Positions 47,606 to 57,000 of a stretch of 64,000 nucleotides of DNA are shown here, piece by piece (positions within the stretch are counted from its first letter, which is position 1; every line of letters starts with the position of its first letter). Under the pieces are notes generated by a model, which was not told where the DNA came from, did no database searches, and saw only the letters and a list, made by a program, of their open reading frames with translations. Both the position numbers and the translations under genes were made by a program. The stretch is from the NCBI GenBank assembly GCA_001816655.1, contig MHCP01000015.1, positions 6,485 to 70,484 of the forward strand, written 5' to 3'. The DNA comes from Candidatus Woykebacteria bacterium RBG_13_40_15. Its GTDB lineage: Bacteria > Patescibacteriota > Microgenomatia > Woykebacterales > RBG-16-39-9b.

Positions 47606-48880
47606 ATGATTATAAAAAACTTCGATCAGCTTTCAATAAACTCTTTGAGAAACCACGCCTTGCAAATTACAGAAGCAGGTTTCGAGGCAATTGATACGGA
47701 AACGGTCATCAAAGAATCAGTGAAATTAACAAATGGAACTCTCCAGATTAAAGATAGGCAATTTGACCTGAAAAAATTTGAGCATATTTACCTAATTGGG
47801 GTTGGGAAAGTCGCTTTTGCGGCTGGGAAAGCTTTAGAAAAAATGTTGGGTAATTATATAACCGATGGGATAGTTTTAGATGTTCAAGGTGGAAAATTAA
47901 AAAAATTAAAAAGCTTAATTGGTACACACCCCTTGGCTTCCCAAAAAAATGTTTTAGCTACTAAAGAAATAATTTCACTTCTGAAAAAAGCAGGGAGAGA
48001 GGATCTAATTTTGGCAGTTATTTCTGGCGGAAGTAGCGCTCTTTTGTGCGCCCCACATAAAATCTCGTACGAAAAAATCGCTGAAATTTTCGAAGTTATG
48101 ACAGGTACGGGTGCAACTATTGAGGAAATCAATATAGTGAGGAAACATCTTTCCGAAATAAACGGCGGCGATCTTGCGAAGCTGACCTACCCAGCCACCA
48201 TCATCTCACTGATTTTCTCCGACGTGCCGGGTGATGATTTAGACACAATTGGTTCTGGGCCGACTGTTTTAGATAGTTCAACAACGGCGGATGCGCAAGC
48301 ACTAATTGAAAAATACAATGTTTTAAAAGAGGCCAAACTTAGCAAGGTTGAGTTTACGGAAACCCCAAAGAATCCTATTTACTTTGAAAAGGTTGCAAAT
48401 ATTATTGTTGTTAACAGTAAACGCGCCGTAGATGCCATGGCTAAGAAGGCGGCAGAGTTAAATTACAAAGTTAGTATTTTTAGCACACAAGTACAAGGAG
48501 AAGCTTCGGATGCCGGCCAGAAACTTTTGGCTAGCGCTGAGGATAAGACAGCAGTTTTGGCAGCCGGCGAAACTACAGTTTCAATAAAAGGAGATGGAAT
48601 CGGGGGGCGTAATCAACACCTTGTTTTATCGGCCCTGAAGCATCTTAAAGAAGATCAAGTTATTATTTCGGCCGACAGCGACGGGGTTGATCACAGCCGG
48701 TTTGCCGGTGCAATTGGTGATAAAGAGACTGTTAAAAAAGCGATCGGGAAAAAGATTTCAATAGAAAAATACTTGGATAACTTTGACTCATTTAATTTTT
48801 ACCGAGTTGTAGAAGACGGTATCGAGACAGGCCCTTTGGAATCCAACGTGTCTGATTTCATGCTGGTTTTATCTGCCTAG
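47606..48880 (+). CDS. Glycerate 2-kinase (DUF4147/MOFRL)
   Basis: ISGGSSAL, SDVPGDD..IGSGPT, GETTV..GIGGRNQ. Confidence 0.92.
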   Translation: MIIKNFDQLSINSLRNHALQITEAGFEAIDTETVIKESVKLTNGTLQIKDRQFDLKKFEHIYLIGVGKVAFAAGKALEKMLGNYITDGIVLDVQGGKLKKLKSLIGTHPLASQKNVLATKEIISLLKKAGREDLILAVISGGSSALLCAPHKISYEKIAEIFEVMTGTGATIEEINIVRKHLSEINGGDLAKLTYPATIISLIFSDVPGDDLDTIGSGPTVLDSSTTADAQALIEKYNVLKEAKLSKVEFTETPKNPIYFEKVANIIVVNSKRAVDAMAKKAAELNYKVSIFSTQVQGEASDAGQKLLASAEDKTAVLAAGETTVSIKGDGIGGRNQHLVLSALKHLKEDQVIISADSDGVDHSRFAGAIGDKETVKKAIGKKISIEKYLDNFDSFNFYRVVEDGIETGPLESNVSDFMLVLSA

Positions 48881-48903
48881 AAGCTGACTGTAAGCGTCGA
48901 AAT

Positions 48904-48932
48904 TTGACAAACGAATTCTTGGTTGATAAGAT
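48904..48932 (+). promoter_or_regulatory. Sigma70 promoter, near-leaderless transcript
   Basis: TTGACA-17-TAAGAT, 10 nt before ATG. Confidence 0.65.
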
Positions 48933-48942
48933 TAATTTGTAG

Positions 48943-50550
48943 ATGGAAACACAGACTGCTCCTGCTCGAAATTGGTTTAAACCATCAATATTAATTCTTC
49001 TTGTAGTTTTACTTCTAGCCTCCCTAGCTTTAGTTGGGATTTACCTCATTAAAAATGCCAATAAAGAACCTAAAGAAAAAGTTCTCACTGGTCTAACCAG
49101 AGATAAAATAACAATTGGCAGTAGTGTTATTGTTTTAGGAGTATTTCCGGAGTCTGCTGCTGAAACTCGGGATATTGATTTTAATAACAATATTTTTGAT
49201 GGACTGACCCGAGTTATAAATGGCGAGGTAAAGGGGGCTCTAGCGACCAGTTGGACCAACCCAGATAAAACCACCTGGCGCTTTACTTTGCGAAAAGGAG
49301 TCAAGTTTCACAACGGCGATCCCTTTACTGCCGCCGATTTAAAATTTAGCATTGATCAGGCTATAGCAAAAGAGTGGCCGGATACCTCGTATTTAATAAC
49401 AATAAAATCGGTTGAAATCGTGGACAACTTTACAGTAGACATTAAAACAGCTAGCCCCGACCCGGTTCTGCTTGCCAGGTTAGCCAATGTTCCTATTGTT
49501 TCCGAAAAACAATACAAAAGTAAAAAGGCAGACGAGCAAGCAGTCGGCACAGGGCCATATAAATTTGTAAGCCTTGATGATAAGGAGGGGGTTTTGGAAG
49601 CTAATGAAAGCTGGTATTTAGGTACCCCAAAAGTAAAGAAAGTTGTCTATAAATTCTACCCCGTAGACACAACCGATGAACAAATGGCTCAGGCGCTACG
49701 CAGGGACGAGGTTGATCTAATTGTTCTTCAGGAGGAAAAGGTAGTCAACTCCCTTAAAAACGATTTCCAAGTAAAATCGTCGACTGGCCTTGAGATAAGG
49801 ATTTTGTGGTTGGATGCGGCCAGAGAAAAAAGTCCGTATGTAGACAAAGTTCCAAACCCACTAAAAAACAAACTGGTAAGACAAGCTATTTATAAGGCGA
49901 TAGATACAAATGAAATAATTAAAGAACAGGGAATTTCTACCGAACCACCCTCACAGTTAGTTACAGAAGGGGTCTTTGGCTACAATCCAAACATAAAAAG
50001 ACCAAAGAAAAGTCTCGAGGAAGCAAGGAATTTAATGGAGCAAGCAGGAATGACTGGTGGATTTAGTATGACTTTGGATACACCAGAAGGAGTAGTGAAA
50101 ACCGCCAATGCGATAGCCAAGAATCTTAAAGAGATAAATATTAATGTTAAAGTCAATCCTATAACAAAAGATACAGGATTTGGAAAAGTTACGAGCGGGG
50201 ATAGTTCTGCTTTTATGTTGAGCTATACAGCGGACATACTTGATTCGGGTGATGTCTTTGCTGATCTTTTGCATACACCCACAAGTAACTTTGGTAGTAG
50301 CAACTTTTTTAGCTACAGTAATAGCGAAATAGACAAGCTAGCAGAGGAGGCATCTTCAATCTTCGAACCAAAGAAAAGGTTACCGAAGTTGCAAGAAGCG
50401 ATGGTAAAGGCCATGGAAGAACTACCGCTCATACCTCTATTTCAACAAAAGACTTTCTGGGTTATTAGAAATAACTTTGATTGGACGCCCACAGCGCTTG
50501 GGGTTATTTCTTCTAATGAAATTTCCGGTCGTGAAGTAACTACCAAATAA
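48943..50550 (+). CDS. ABC-type substrate-binding protein family 5 (peptide/nickel)
   Basis: LATSW...WRFTLRKGVKFHNGDPFTAAD, GTGPYK, VRQAI. Confidence 0.92.
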   Translation: METQTAPARNWFKPSILILLVVLLLASLALVGIYLIKNANKEPKEKVLTGLTRDKITIGSSVIVLGVFPESAAETRDIDFNNNIFDGLTRVINGEVKGALATSWTNPDKTTWRFTLRKGVKFHNGDPFTAADLKFSIDQAIAKEWPDTSYLITIKSVEIVDNFTVDIKTASPDPVLLARLANVPIVSEKQYKSKKADEQAVGTGPYKFVSLDDKEGVLEANESWYLGTPKVKKVVYKFYPVDTTDEQMAQALRRDEVDLIVLQEEKVVNSLKNDFQVKSSTGLEIRILWLDAAREKSPYVDKVPNPLKNKLVRQAIYKAIDTNEIIKEQGISTEPPSQLVTEGVFGYNPNIKRPKKSLEEARNLMEQAGMTGGFSMTLDTPEGVVKTANAIAKNLKEININVKVNPITKDTGFGKVTSGDSSAFMLSYTADILDSGDVFADLLHTPTSNFGSSNFFSYSNSEIDKLAEEASSIFEPKKRLPKLQEAMVKAMEELPLIPLFQQKTFWVIRNNFDWTPTALGVISSNEISGREVTTK

Positions 50551-50608
50551 CAGCTCACAAATTTATTTTCCTAGCCCCAGATTTTTGTGTTACACTTAAG
50601 CTAGTTGA

Positions 50609-52099
50609 ATGAAACTTCTGCCACAAACATTATTTAAATCAATAAGGGTAAGGTTTGGTGTAATAATTGCAATTCTACTTCTTTTGGTTTTTGCGCTTTC
50701 TTCCGGTGTATTAATTATTCGTACTATAAATTCTCAAAATAAGACACTAATTACACAAGCCCGAGCTTTTTCTGAATTGTCCTCTCAACCAATTGGCGAT
50801 ACCTACTCACTTTATTACGGTTCGGGGTACCTAAAATTTACTGAGCTGATTGGGAAAATACTAGCTCTAAACCCTGATATAATCAAAGTACAAATAATTT
50901 CGGCAAACGGCGAAATTTTATTCGATTCCACCCAAGTTTCTGCCGATAAGCCTCCCGAAATCAAAAACGAGACAGACAAAGCGGTTATAGAGAAAGTTAA
51001 ATTAAACGAGGAAAGTGAAATACCAGCCCGTACGGAAGGGTCAAAACCAACCCAAATAATCCAACCCTATTTTGAGGACTTTGGCGCCCACCCTTTTTCA
51101 ATCCGTTACTTTATTTCTTATGATTCCGTAACCCAAAACATGGCAGCTATCATTACCACCTCAGCCCTGCTTTCGGCGGGGTTTCTTATTGGAGCAATTA
51201 TTCTAATTTTTATTGTCGTTGGTCGGACTATTATTAATCCGATGGAAACAGTAATCAAAGGGGCCCGTCTAATTCAGGGAGGCGATTTTTCGCACAACAT
51301 TGAGGTTAAAAATAAGGATGAAATTGGGGATTTAGCAGCGGCAGTAAACCAAATGGCGCAAACACTAAAGAGGAATATTGAATCGCTCCGAGAACTTGAT
51401 AAATTAAAGGACGAATTTGTCTTCTTAGCCTCTCATAATTTGAGAACGCCAATCACGGTTATAAAAGGCTACATTGGGCTACTTCAAAGAGATAAATCCC
51501 TCGGAGCAAAAGCTAAAAATAGGCTTGAAAAAATGCAAGCTAGTACAAAAGAGCTGCAACTACTCGCAGAATCATTGCTTAATTTAGCTTCCTTGGAGTA
51601 TAAAGATAAGGAACTTTTAATATCGGACGTAGATCTGGTGGAGCTAGTTGAAGAAATAACTGAAGAGTTTGGTAAAGAAGTGGGTGAAAAAAGAATTAGT
51701 TATATTTTGGAATTCCCATCAACCCCGCCTTCCAAAATAGCAGCCGACAAAGAGAGAATAAAGCAGGCGTTGGGAAATTTAATTGATAACGCAATTAAAT
51801 TTAATAGAGACGGGGGGAAGGTAATAATCAAACTAGAAGAAAAAGACAAAGATTTGATCCTCTCAATAGAAGATACTGGTGTTGGAATTTCTAAAGAAGA
51901 AAGTGAGCATATTTTTCAGAAGTTCCATCGAGCGACTAGCGTACTCAATTATAACTACGAGGGTATTGGGGTGGGACTCTATATAACTAGGTTGATTATA
52001 GAAGCCCATCAAGGTAAAGTCTGGTTCGAATCTAAACTTGGAGAGGGAACCACGTTTTTTGTTAAGCTACCAGTTAAGGCAGAACACTCAGTGGGTTAA
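50609..52099 (+). CDS. HAMP-domain sensor histidine kinase
   Basis: Two TM helices, DEIG HAMP, SHNLRTP H-box, NLIDNAIKF, DTGVGI, GIGVGL. Confidence 0.95.
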   Translation: MKLLPQTLFKSIRVRFGVIIAILLLLVFALSSGVLIIRTINSQNKTLITQARAFSELSSQPIGDTYSLYYGSGYLKFTELIGKILALNPDIIKVQIISANGEILFDSTQVSADKPPEIKNETDKAVIEKVKLNEESEIPARTEGSKPTQIIQPYFEDFGAHPFSIRYFISYDSVTQNMAAIITTSALLSAGFLIGAIILIFIVVGRTIINPMETVIKGARLIQGGDFSHNIEVKNKDEIGDLAAAVNQMAQTLKRNIESLRELDKLKDEFVFLASHNLRTPITVIKGYIGLLQRDKSLGAKAKNRLEKMQASTKELQLLAESLLNLASLEYKDKELLISDVDLVELVEEITEEFGKEVGEKRISYILEFPSTPPSKIAADKERIKQALGNLIDNAIKFNRDGGKVIIKLEEKDKDLILSIEDTGVGISKEESEHIFQKFHRATSVLNYNYEGIGVGLYITRLIIEAHQGKVWFESKLGEGTTFFVKLPVKAEHSVG

Positions 52100-52790
52100 T
52101 GGCAAGACCATCTTTATAGACCTCAAAGTGGAGGTGAGGACCAGTAGTCACACCTGTATCTCCAATAAAACCAATTATTGCATCGCTACCTACGCTTTCC
52201 CCGACCCGAACATTAATTCCAGAAAGATGTGCATACTTGGAGTCAAAACCATTTACACTTTGAATAATAATAGTATTGCCAAAACCATGGCTGTTCCAAC
52301 CAGCAAATACCACCTTTCCCTTGGCGAGAGGCTTTATGGGGGCACCGTGCGGGGCTGTGATATCTATACCCCGGTGGTAAGAAGAGAAGAGGCTCGTTAT
52401 ACCACCGCGAATGGGCCATGTAAAAATAGGGTGTTCTTTAGCAACTACTTGCGTAGATATAGTAAGCTTTTCTATTTTAGGCGTAACTGCAAGCTGGTTT
52501 CCAGCCACAACAGTGTCTGGCCTTTGATTAAAGCCAACAAGTAAAAATATTAACCCAAGTACTACGATTGTCCTAAAGGCAAATGTAGGAACAGCTTTTC
52601 TAAATGTTTGCCAAAGGAAAAGTACCTCGGTTAAAACACTCAAAGCGTCAATAATAATAGCTTCCGGGGTAAACCAGACGATATTGCCACGCAAGGCACC
52701 AGTTCCAGCAGCTGCGTGGGAGAATTGTACATTTCGCAGGGGCAGAGCGCGCCTTGTACCAAAAGGCACATAGGTGGTTCTGTTTAACAT
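52074..52790 (-). CDS. M23 family metallopeptidase
   Basis: HRGIDI, YAHL, TGPHLHFEV; start placed downstream of the promoter. Confidence 0.88.
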   Translation of the reverse strand: MLNRTTYVPFGTRRALPLRNVQFSHAAAGTGALRGNIVWFTPEAIIIDALSVLTEVLFLWQTFRKAVPTFAFRTIVVLGLIFLLVGFNQRPDTVVAGNQLAVTPKIEKLTISTQVVAKEHPIFTWPIRGGITSLFSSYHRGIDITAPHGAPIKPLAKGKVVFAGWNSHGFGNTIIIQSVNGFDSKYAHLSGINVRVGESVGSDAIIGFIGDTGVTTGPHLHFEVYKDGLAINPLSVLP

Positions 52791-52866
52791 AATCCCCGCC
52801 AGCAACTGCGTAGCTGTGGGCGGGGTAGAAACAAAAAATCTCCCATATTTTTGGGAGACGCGGCGT

Positions 52867-52895
52867 ATTCTAACAGAAAGGACAAGTAGTGTCAA
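52867..52895 (-). promoter_or_regulatory. Sigma70 promoter
   Basis: TTGACA-17-TAGAAT. Confidence 0.7.
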
Positions 52896-52956
52896 GTTAT
52901 AGGGGTGCGTAATTAGAGTTTTTGTAGGTTATATGATATACTTTGGCCTCGTATAA

Positions 52957-53030
52957 GGCGTGGTGGTCGAGTGGTTAGACACGGGTCTGCAAAACCTGTC
53001 ACAGCGGTTCGAATCCGCTCCACGCCTCCA
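52957..53030 (+). tRNA. tRNA-Cys(GCA)
   Basis: GGCGTGG/CCACGCC acceptor, CT-GCA-AA loop, U discriminator plus CCA. Confidence 0.96.
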
Positions 53031-53060
53031 AAGCCCGGGCTAATAAATATCCTCTAGTAA

Positions 53061-53089
53061 TTGACATAGTGTTATTTTTCTGGTATAAT
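53061..53089 (+). promoter_or_regulatory. Consensus sigma70 promoter followed by boxA-like motif
   Basis: TTGACA-17-TATAAT (with TG), then TGTTCTTTGAAA. Confidence 0.82.
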
Positions 53090-53094
53090 ACAAC

Positions 53095-53370
53095 TTGTTC
53101 TTTGAAATATTAGAAAAGTTACAGGTCTCGAAAGGCATCTAGTAACTGGTAATAATTGTATTTGTAACTGTCACTGTTAAAAACCTTGAAGTAAATGCAC
53201 ATTAAAACCAGTTACCAGGTGCCTTTATTGTGCCGCGGAGCTTTATGCGAAGTGGCATTGGTACCAGTACCTTGAAAATTACTCCTTACAAACTCTCCTT
53301 CACTTGGGCTCGCTCATATTGTTCTTAAATTTATTTTGAGAACAGTTAGAGCGGCTTGCTCAAGCATTAC
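53095..53370 (+). ncRNA. Candidate structured leader/ncRNA
   Basis: 20-bp stem 53131-53150/53207-53226; long hairpin 53303-53364. Confidence 0.5.
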
Positions 53371-53390
53371 AATACGAAGGAGGTTGTGAC

Positions 53391-53831
53391 GTGACAGCCC
53401 GTCTAGTCAAAGGCGTGTACGGTACGTATCTGGCCCCTTTTGAAGGCCCCTTCGGCCTTCGCTATGGGCAACGCAGGAAGTGGTACATCCACAACAATGC
53501 TGGGTGGTACAATTCTGAAGGCGAGAAGTTAGGATGGGGCGATCTCAACATTGAGGATATTCAACGAATCGCTTCGGAGCTCCTGCCCGGCGAGGTGTTC
53601 ATCATCCTCAGTGAGCAGGACACTTCCTGGCAGCACGACCGAATGGATGCTCCCGGGATCGAGTACTGTGCTTTCAAATGCCACTGTATTATCCTTCCAG
53701 GGAAGGTATACAAGGTGGTGGGGCATGAATACGAAACCGCGGACGAGGACGTGGAGGATCAAGGGCTCGCCGTAACCCTAGTTTCTCGCTCTCGTGCAAG
53801 GGAGCTTCTCAGCCAGCCTACCAACGCCTAG
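53391..53831 (+). CDS. Hypothetical protein
   Basis: SD AAGGAGGT plus GTG; HNNAGWYN.EGEKLGWGDL motif-like segment. Confidence 0.75.
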   Translation: MTARLVKGVYGTYLAPFEGPFGLRYGQRRKWYIHNNAGWYNSEGEKLGWGDLNIEDIQRIASELLPGEVFIILSEQDTSWQHDRMDAPGIEYCAFKCHCIILPGKVYKVVGHEYETADEDVEDQGLAVTLVSRSRARELLSQPTNA

Positions 53832-53966
53832 ACAACAGCAAGGAGTAAGCGATGTGTAGTCCAAATCAAGCAGCGATGTTTGAAGAGGCACAAGTACCAT
53901 CGTAAACTTCTTAAGGAAATCATGGTTCGATAAACTCACCACAAGTTGGTTTTCTTAGGAGAGATC

Positions 53967-54401
53967 ATGAACAACGTGAGTTCGTGGTCTGTAGTCAAGG
54001 AGGGAGAGATGAGTACCTTAGAAGCGCAGTTAATGGACGCTACCTTCGATTGGCGTCACCGCATACTACACCACCGTGATGGAACGTGCGGCGCCTCGGC
54101 GCGTGACCTGGAGACCGGCTCGCTTTATTGCCCTGCCGAGGCGTCCAGGGCACCGCCTGATCGGATCATCAAGGAGGCGGGCAGGGAGTACACAGAGCCA
54201 CTCCCTTGCCTCACCAGAATCCTCGTTCGGCTCGCTCGTTTAGATGCCGAAGCGAGGATATTTGCCACCGGCTTCCTCAGCTTCTGCGAGAATGCCGGAG
54301 TTCCCAAGGTCGCAGCGGAGGCTATCTGGGAAGCCGCAGTTCAGCAGACCGAGGATTATCTTGCTAGGTCAAAGAGCCTCGACGAGCTTAACGCCGAGTA
54401 A
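53967..54401 (+). CDS. Hypothetical protein
   Basis: AGGAG before ATG 53967; alternative ATG at 54009 after AAGGAGGGAG. Confidence 0.6.
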   Translation: MNNVSSWSVVKEGEMSTLEAQLMDATFDWRHRILHHRDGTCGASARDLETGSLYCPAEASRAPPDRIIKEAGREYTEPLPCLTRILVRLARLDAEARIFATGFLSFCENAGVPKVAAEAIWEAAVQQTEDYLARSKSLDELNAE

Positions 54402-54404
54402 GAT

Positions 54405-54725
54405 CGTCCGTCTTCCTAGCGATTACGGACACGGCTACGGTTTGGCGGTTTCGGCAAAGGCATTGCCTTGTCTCTTCCGCCATGTCGTGACGAACGGCAA
54501 AAACAAAAAGTTGGTCAGGCAAAACCGTTCTACCTGGCCGTAAAAACAACGGTGCGAAGGCCTCTTGAGGCATGCGTGGGAAGGAGCAGACATATGCAAT
54601 GTTTGTTTCCTTCCCTTCCCTGAGCAAATCAAGAAATTGGTTTTCTTAGGAGGAGACGCGACCTGAAAGGGTCGTTTTTCTTTTCCGAGGAGTTTGCAAG
54701 GCCCGTCCTTGCAGCTTCGACACAA
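54405..54725 (+). ncRNA. Candidate structured ncRNA/3' trailer
   Basis: Series of hairpins including 54578-54615 and 54658-54675. Confidence 0.45.
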
Positions 54726-54766
54726 CCATTTCCCATTTTAATTCTTTGTGTTAAAATTACTCCGCC

Positions 54767-55015
54767 ATGGAAAAAGTCCAAAAGATCAAGGTTTTAAAAT
54801 ACACCGCCATTTTTGAACCAGATAAAGAAACTGGCGGTTACACTGTAACTATCCCAGCGTTACCTGGCTGTATTTCCGAGGGCGATACTTTTGAAGAGGC
54901 GTTAAAAAATATTAAAGAAGCAGCTGAGCTTTACCTGGAAGTTTTGAAAGAAGAGAAAGAGGAAATACCAGTCGAAGAAAACCCCGTCGTGGCGCCAATT
55001 GAAGTTAGAGTATGA
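54767..55015 (+). CDS. hicB: HicB family antitoxin (short)
   Basis: GGYTVTIPALPGCISEGDTFEEALKNIKEA. Confidence 0.93.
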   Translation: MEKVQKIKVLKYTAIFEPDKETGGYTVTIPALPGCISEGDTFEEALKNIKEAAELYLEVLKEEKEEIPVEENPVVAPIEVRV

Positions 55016-55230
55016 CCAAACTCCCTGCTGTAAAACCAAAGGAACTAGAAAGGGTTTTATTAAAAGCCGGTTTTAAATTTGTCCGTCAAAAGGGAAGCCA
55101 CAGAATGTACGTCAGAGGAATTTATAAGGTTGTCGTTCCCTACCACAACAAAGATCTAAAGAGTGGCACCCTGAGAAATATCCTTAAGCAAGCCAACCTT
55201 CCTCCGACACAATTATCCAAAATTCTTTAG
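55012..55230 (+). CDS. hicA: HicA family toxin
   Basis: GFKFVRQKGSH, VVVPYH, GTLRNILKQA. Confidence 0.93.
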   Translation: MTKLPAVKPKELERVLLKAGFKFVRQKGSHRMYVRGIYKVVVPYHNKDLKSGTLRNILKQANLPPTQLSKIL

Positions 55231-56318
55231 AGTTTTTTGGCGTATTGGGAGGAGATCCAACCTTCTTTTGCGGCCTTTATTTTATACCAGCCAGAAGTAT
55301 CCTCTAGCAGTTTATATTTTTCCCCGGGGGAGACTTGGCCAATTATTGCATAAGCGGTCCCCGGCCCATTTCGGACATTCAATATTCCGGTTGGTGTTTG
55401 GAGTATTTCAACACTAGACGTTGTTGCGGTTGTTTCGGCCGGTTGATAATTTTTTGCTAGATTTTCGAAAGCTTTCTTTGCTGCTCCTGTAGTTTCTTGT
55501 CCATCTGCTTTTAAAAAGCCGATTGTAGAGGCTTTGGCGGCCTTAATCTTAGCCTCGGATTTTTTATTCTGAAAGTAGGTTTTACCGTTTTGATCAATTA
55601 GCGCGTCAAACCCCATTTGTTTAGTTTTAGCATAGAAAAATACTCCTTCCGCCCAAATCTCAGGTTTGTCAATTAAGGAGGTGTGACTTGCTGATATTGC
55701 GATTTCGTAGGAATTAATTTGCCCCTCTTGCAATTTTGCTATCTCAGAAAAAGGATTTTCCGACAAAAATACTTCGACTATCAATCTAGAACCAGATTCG
55801 ATATTGATTTCCATCTCTCTAGTGTAAAAACCACTTTTTCCAACCCTCAACTTATGAATACCCCGGTTTGGGTCTATTGATACCGCCCCACGCCCCACAA
55901 GTTCTCCGTCAAGCCAAATGTCGGATTTAGCCGACGTCGTAATTATGGAAAGACCACCCCCTGCCTGGAAGGAACGAACGTCTCCCGCAGAAAAAGCCCC
56001 ATTCGGTCCAAAATCGAAGTTTATTGCGGTAATATTTTGGGCCGTCAAGCTGATCTTTTTTGAAAAAACCACCTTTTTATTATCAAGGCTAGATATTTCA
56101 CTTTCCAGCCGTAGAGTATGGCTCCCCACTCGCAAATTTTTCTTGAGAAGTGGGGTAGTACCGATCAATTTTTCATCCAGAAAAACCTTGCTAGTAAAGT
56201 TTGGTGTTTCCACCTTCAATATCGAATTGGAGCTTTTGAAAAATTGAAAAGCCAGCCCAAAGATAATAATTAGGATTATTATTGCGATTAGTGAAAGAAG
56301 GATCTTTAGAAACCTCAT
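55227..56318 (-). CDS. PEGA and SH3b domain surface protein
   Basis: VFLDEKLIGTTP PEGA; LNVRNGPGT...GWYKI...GWIS SH3. Confidence 0.85.
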   Translation of the reverse strand: MRFLKILLSLIAIIILIIIFGLAFQFFKSSNSILKVETPNFTSKVFLDEKLIGTTPLLKKNLRVGSHTLRLESEISSLDNKKVVFSKKISLTAQNITAINFDFGPNGAFSAGDVRSFQAGGGLSIITTSAKSDIWLDGELVGRGAVSIDPNRGIHKLRVGKSGFYTREMEINIESGSRLIVEVFLSENPFSEIAKLQEGQINSYEIAISASHTSLIDKPEIWAEGVFFYAKTKQMGFDALIDQNGKTYFQNKKSEAKIKAAKASTIGFLKADGQETTGAAKKAFENLAKNYQPAETTATTSSVEILQTPTGILNVRNGPGTAYAIIGQVSPGEKYKLLEDTSGWYKIKAAKEGWISSQYAKKL

Positions 56319-56384
56319 AAAGCATCTATAAAAATAACACAAAGAAAACGCTTTACACAATAATTTTTAATTCTTGCAGAGTTC

Positions 56385-56930
56385 TTGCAGCTAGTGTTAA
56401 ATTGTAGTGTGAGACAATTTTCTGCCATAAAACTAGCGGACGAACTCATCCTTCCTCTTGTAATTATTGTAATGACTAGGTACTTGAGCGTTTTTTTGGC
56501 GGCTTTACTGGCCCCATTAAATTTCTCAATTGGAGTTTCTAGCAGCTTTCACACCCTCTTATTTTTGAGTTTTTCTGACAAAAACCAAGCGGTATTAGCT
56601 AATTTTATTTCGTGGATGGCTGTTGCTACGGTTTTGGCAATGTATTTTGGCTTTGTCCTTTTTCGGGGCCTCCATACTGCCTCGGAGCAGCTACATCCCA
56701 AATATGCGCAGGACCTTCACAAGAGAAATCTTGATTTTCTGGTTATTGACCAAAATGAGACAAGGCATCAAACAATCGGTTGGCTAGCAATCGTGGTGTT
56801 GGTATCCTGCCTTATGCTGTATGATTTTTTAAGTGTAGGATTGCCGGCTTTTTCCTTGGGCTACTTCCTTGGGTTAGCAGCCTTGCTAATAGGGATTTCT
56901 TATCCGGTCTTTTACAGAGGCAAAAATTGA
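56385..56930 (+). CDS. Hypothetical membrane protein
   Basis: Four hydrophobic segments; start uncertain. Confidence 0.6.
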   Translation: MQLVLNCSVRQFSAIKLADELILPLVIIVMTRYLSVFLAALLAPLNFSIGVSSSFHTLLFLSFSDKNQAVLANFISWMAVATVLAMYFGFVLFRGLHTASEQLHPKYAQDLHKRNLDFLVIDQNETRHQTIGWLAIVVLVSCLMLYDFLSVGLPAFSLGYFLGLAALLIGISYPVFYRGKN

Positions 56931-57000
56931 AGCCCCGTAGGCTAAAAGGTAACGGAGTTGTCTTTAAGTTTTCCAAACGCTCTGCTTGTCACGGGGCGGA

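Noticed and set aside
52791-52895. Extended N-terminus of the M23 peptidase
   Set aside because: The TTG start is the -35 box of a TTGACA-17-TAGAAT promoter.
53301-53310. CACTTGGGCT matching the retron a1/a2 arm
   Set aside because: Only 10 nt; plausible by chance in 64 kb, and no flanking similarity.
54388-54725. Short ORFs of 79-99 aa
   Set aside because: Mutually overlapping, without SD; better explained as structured non-coding sequence.
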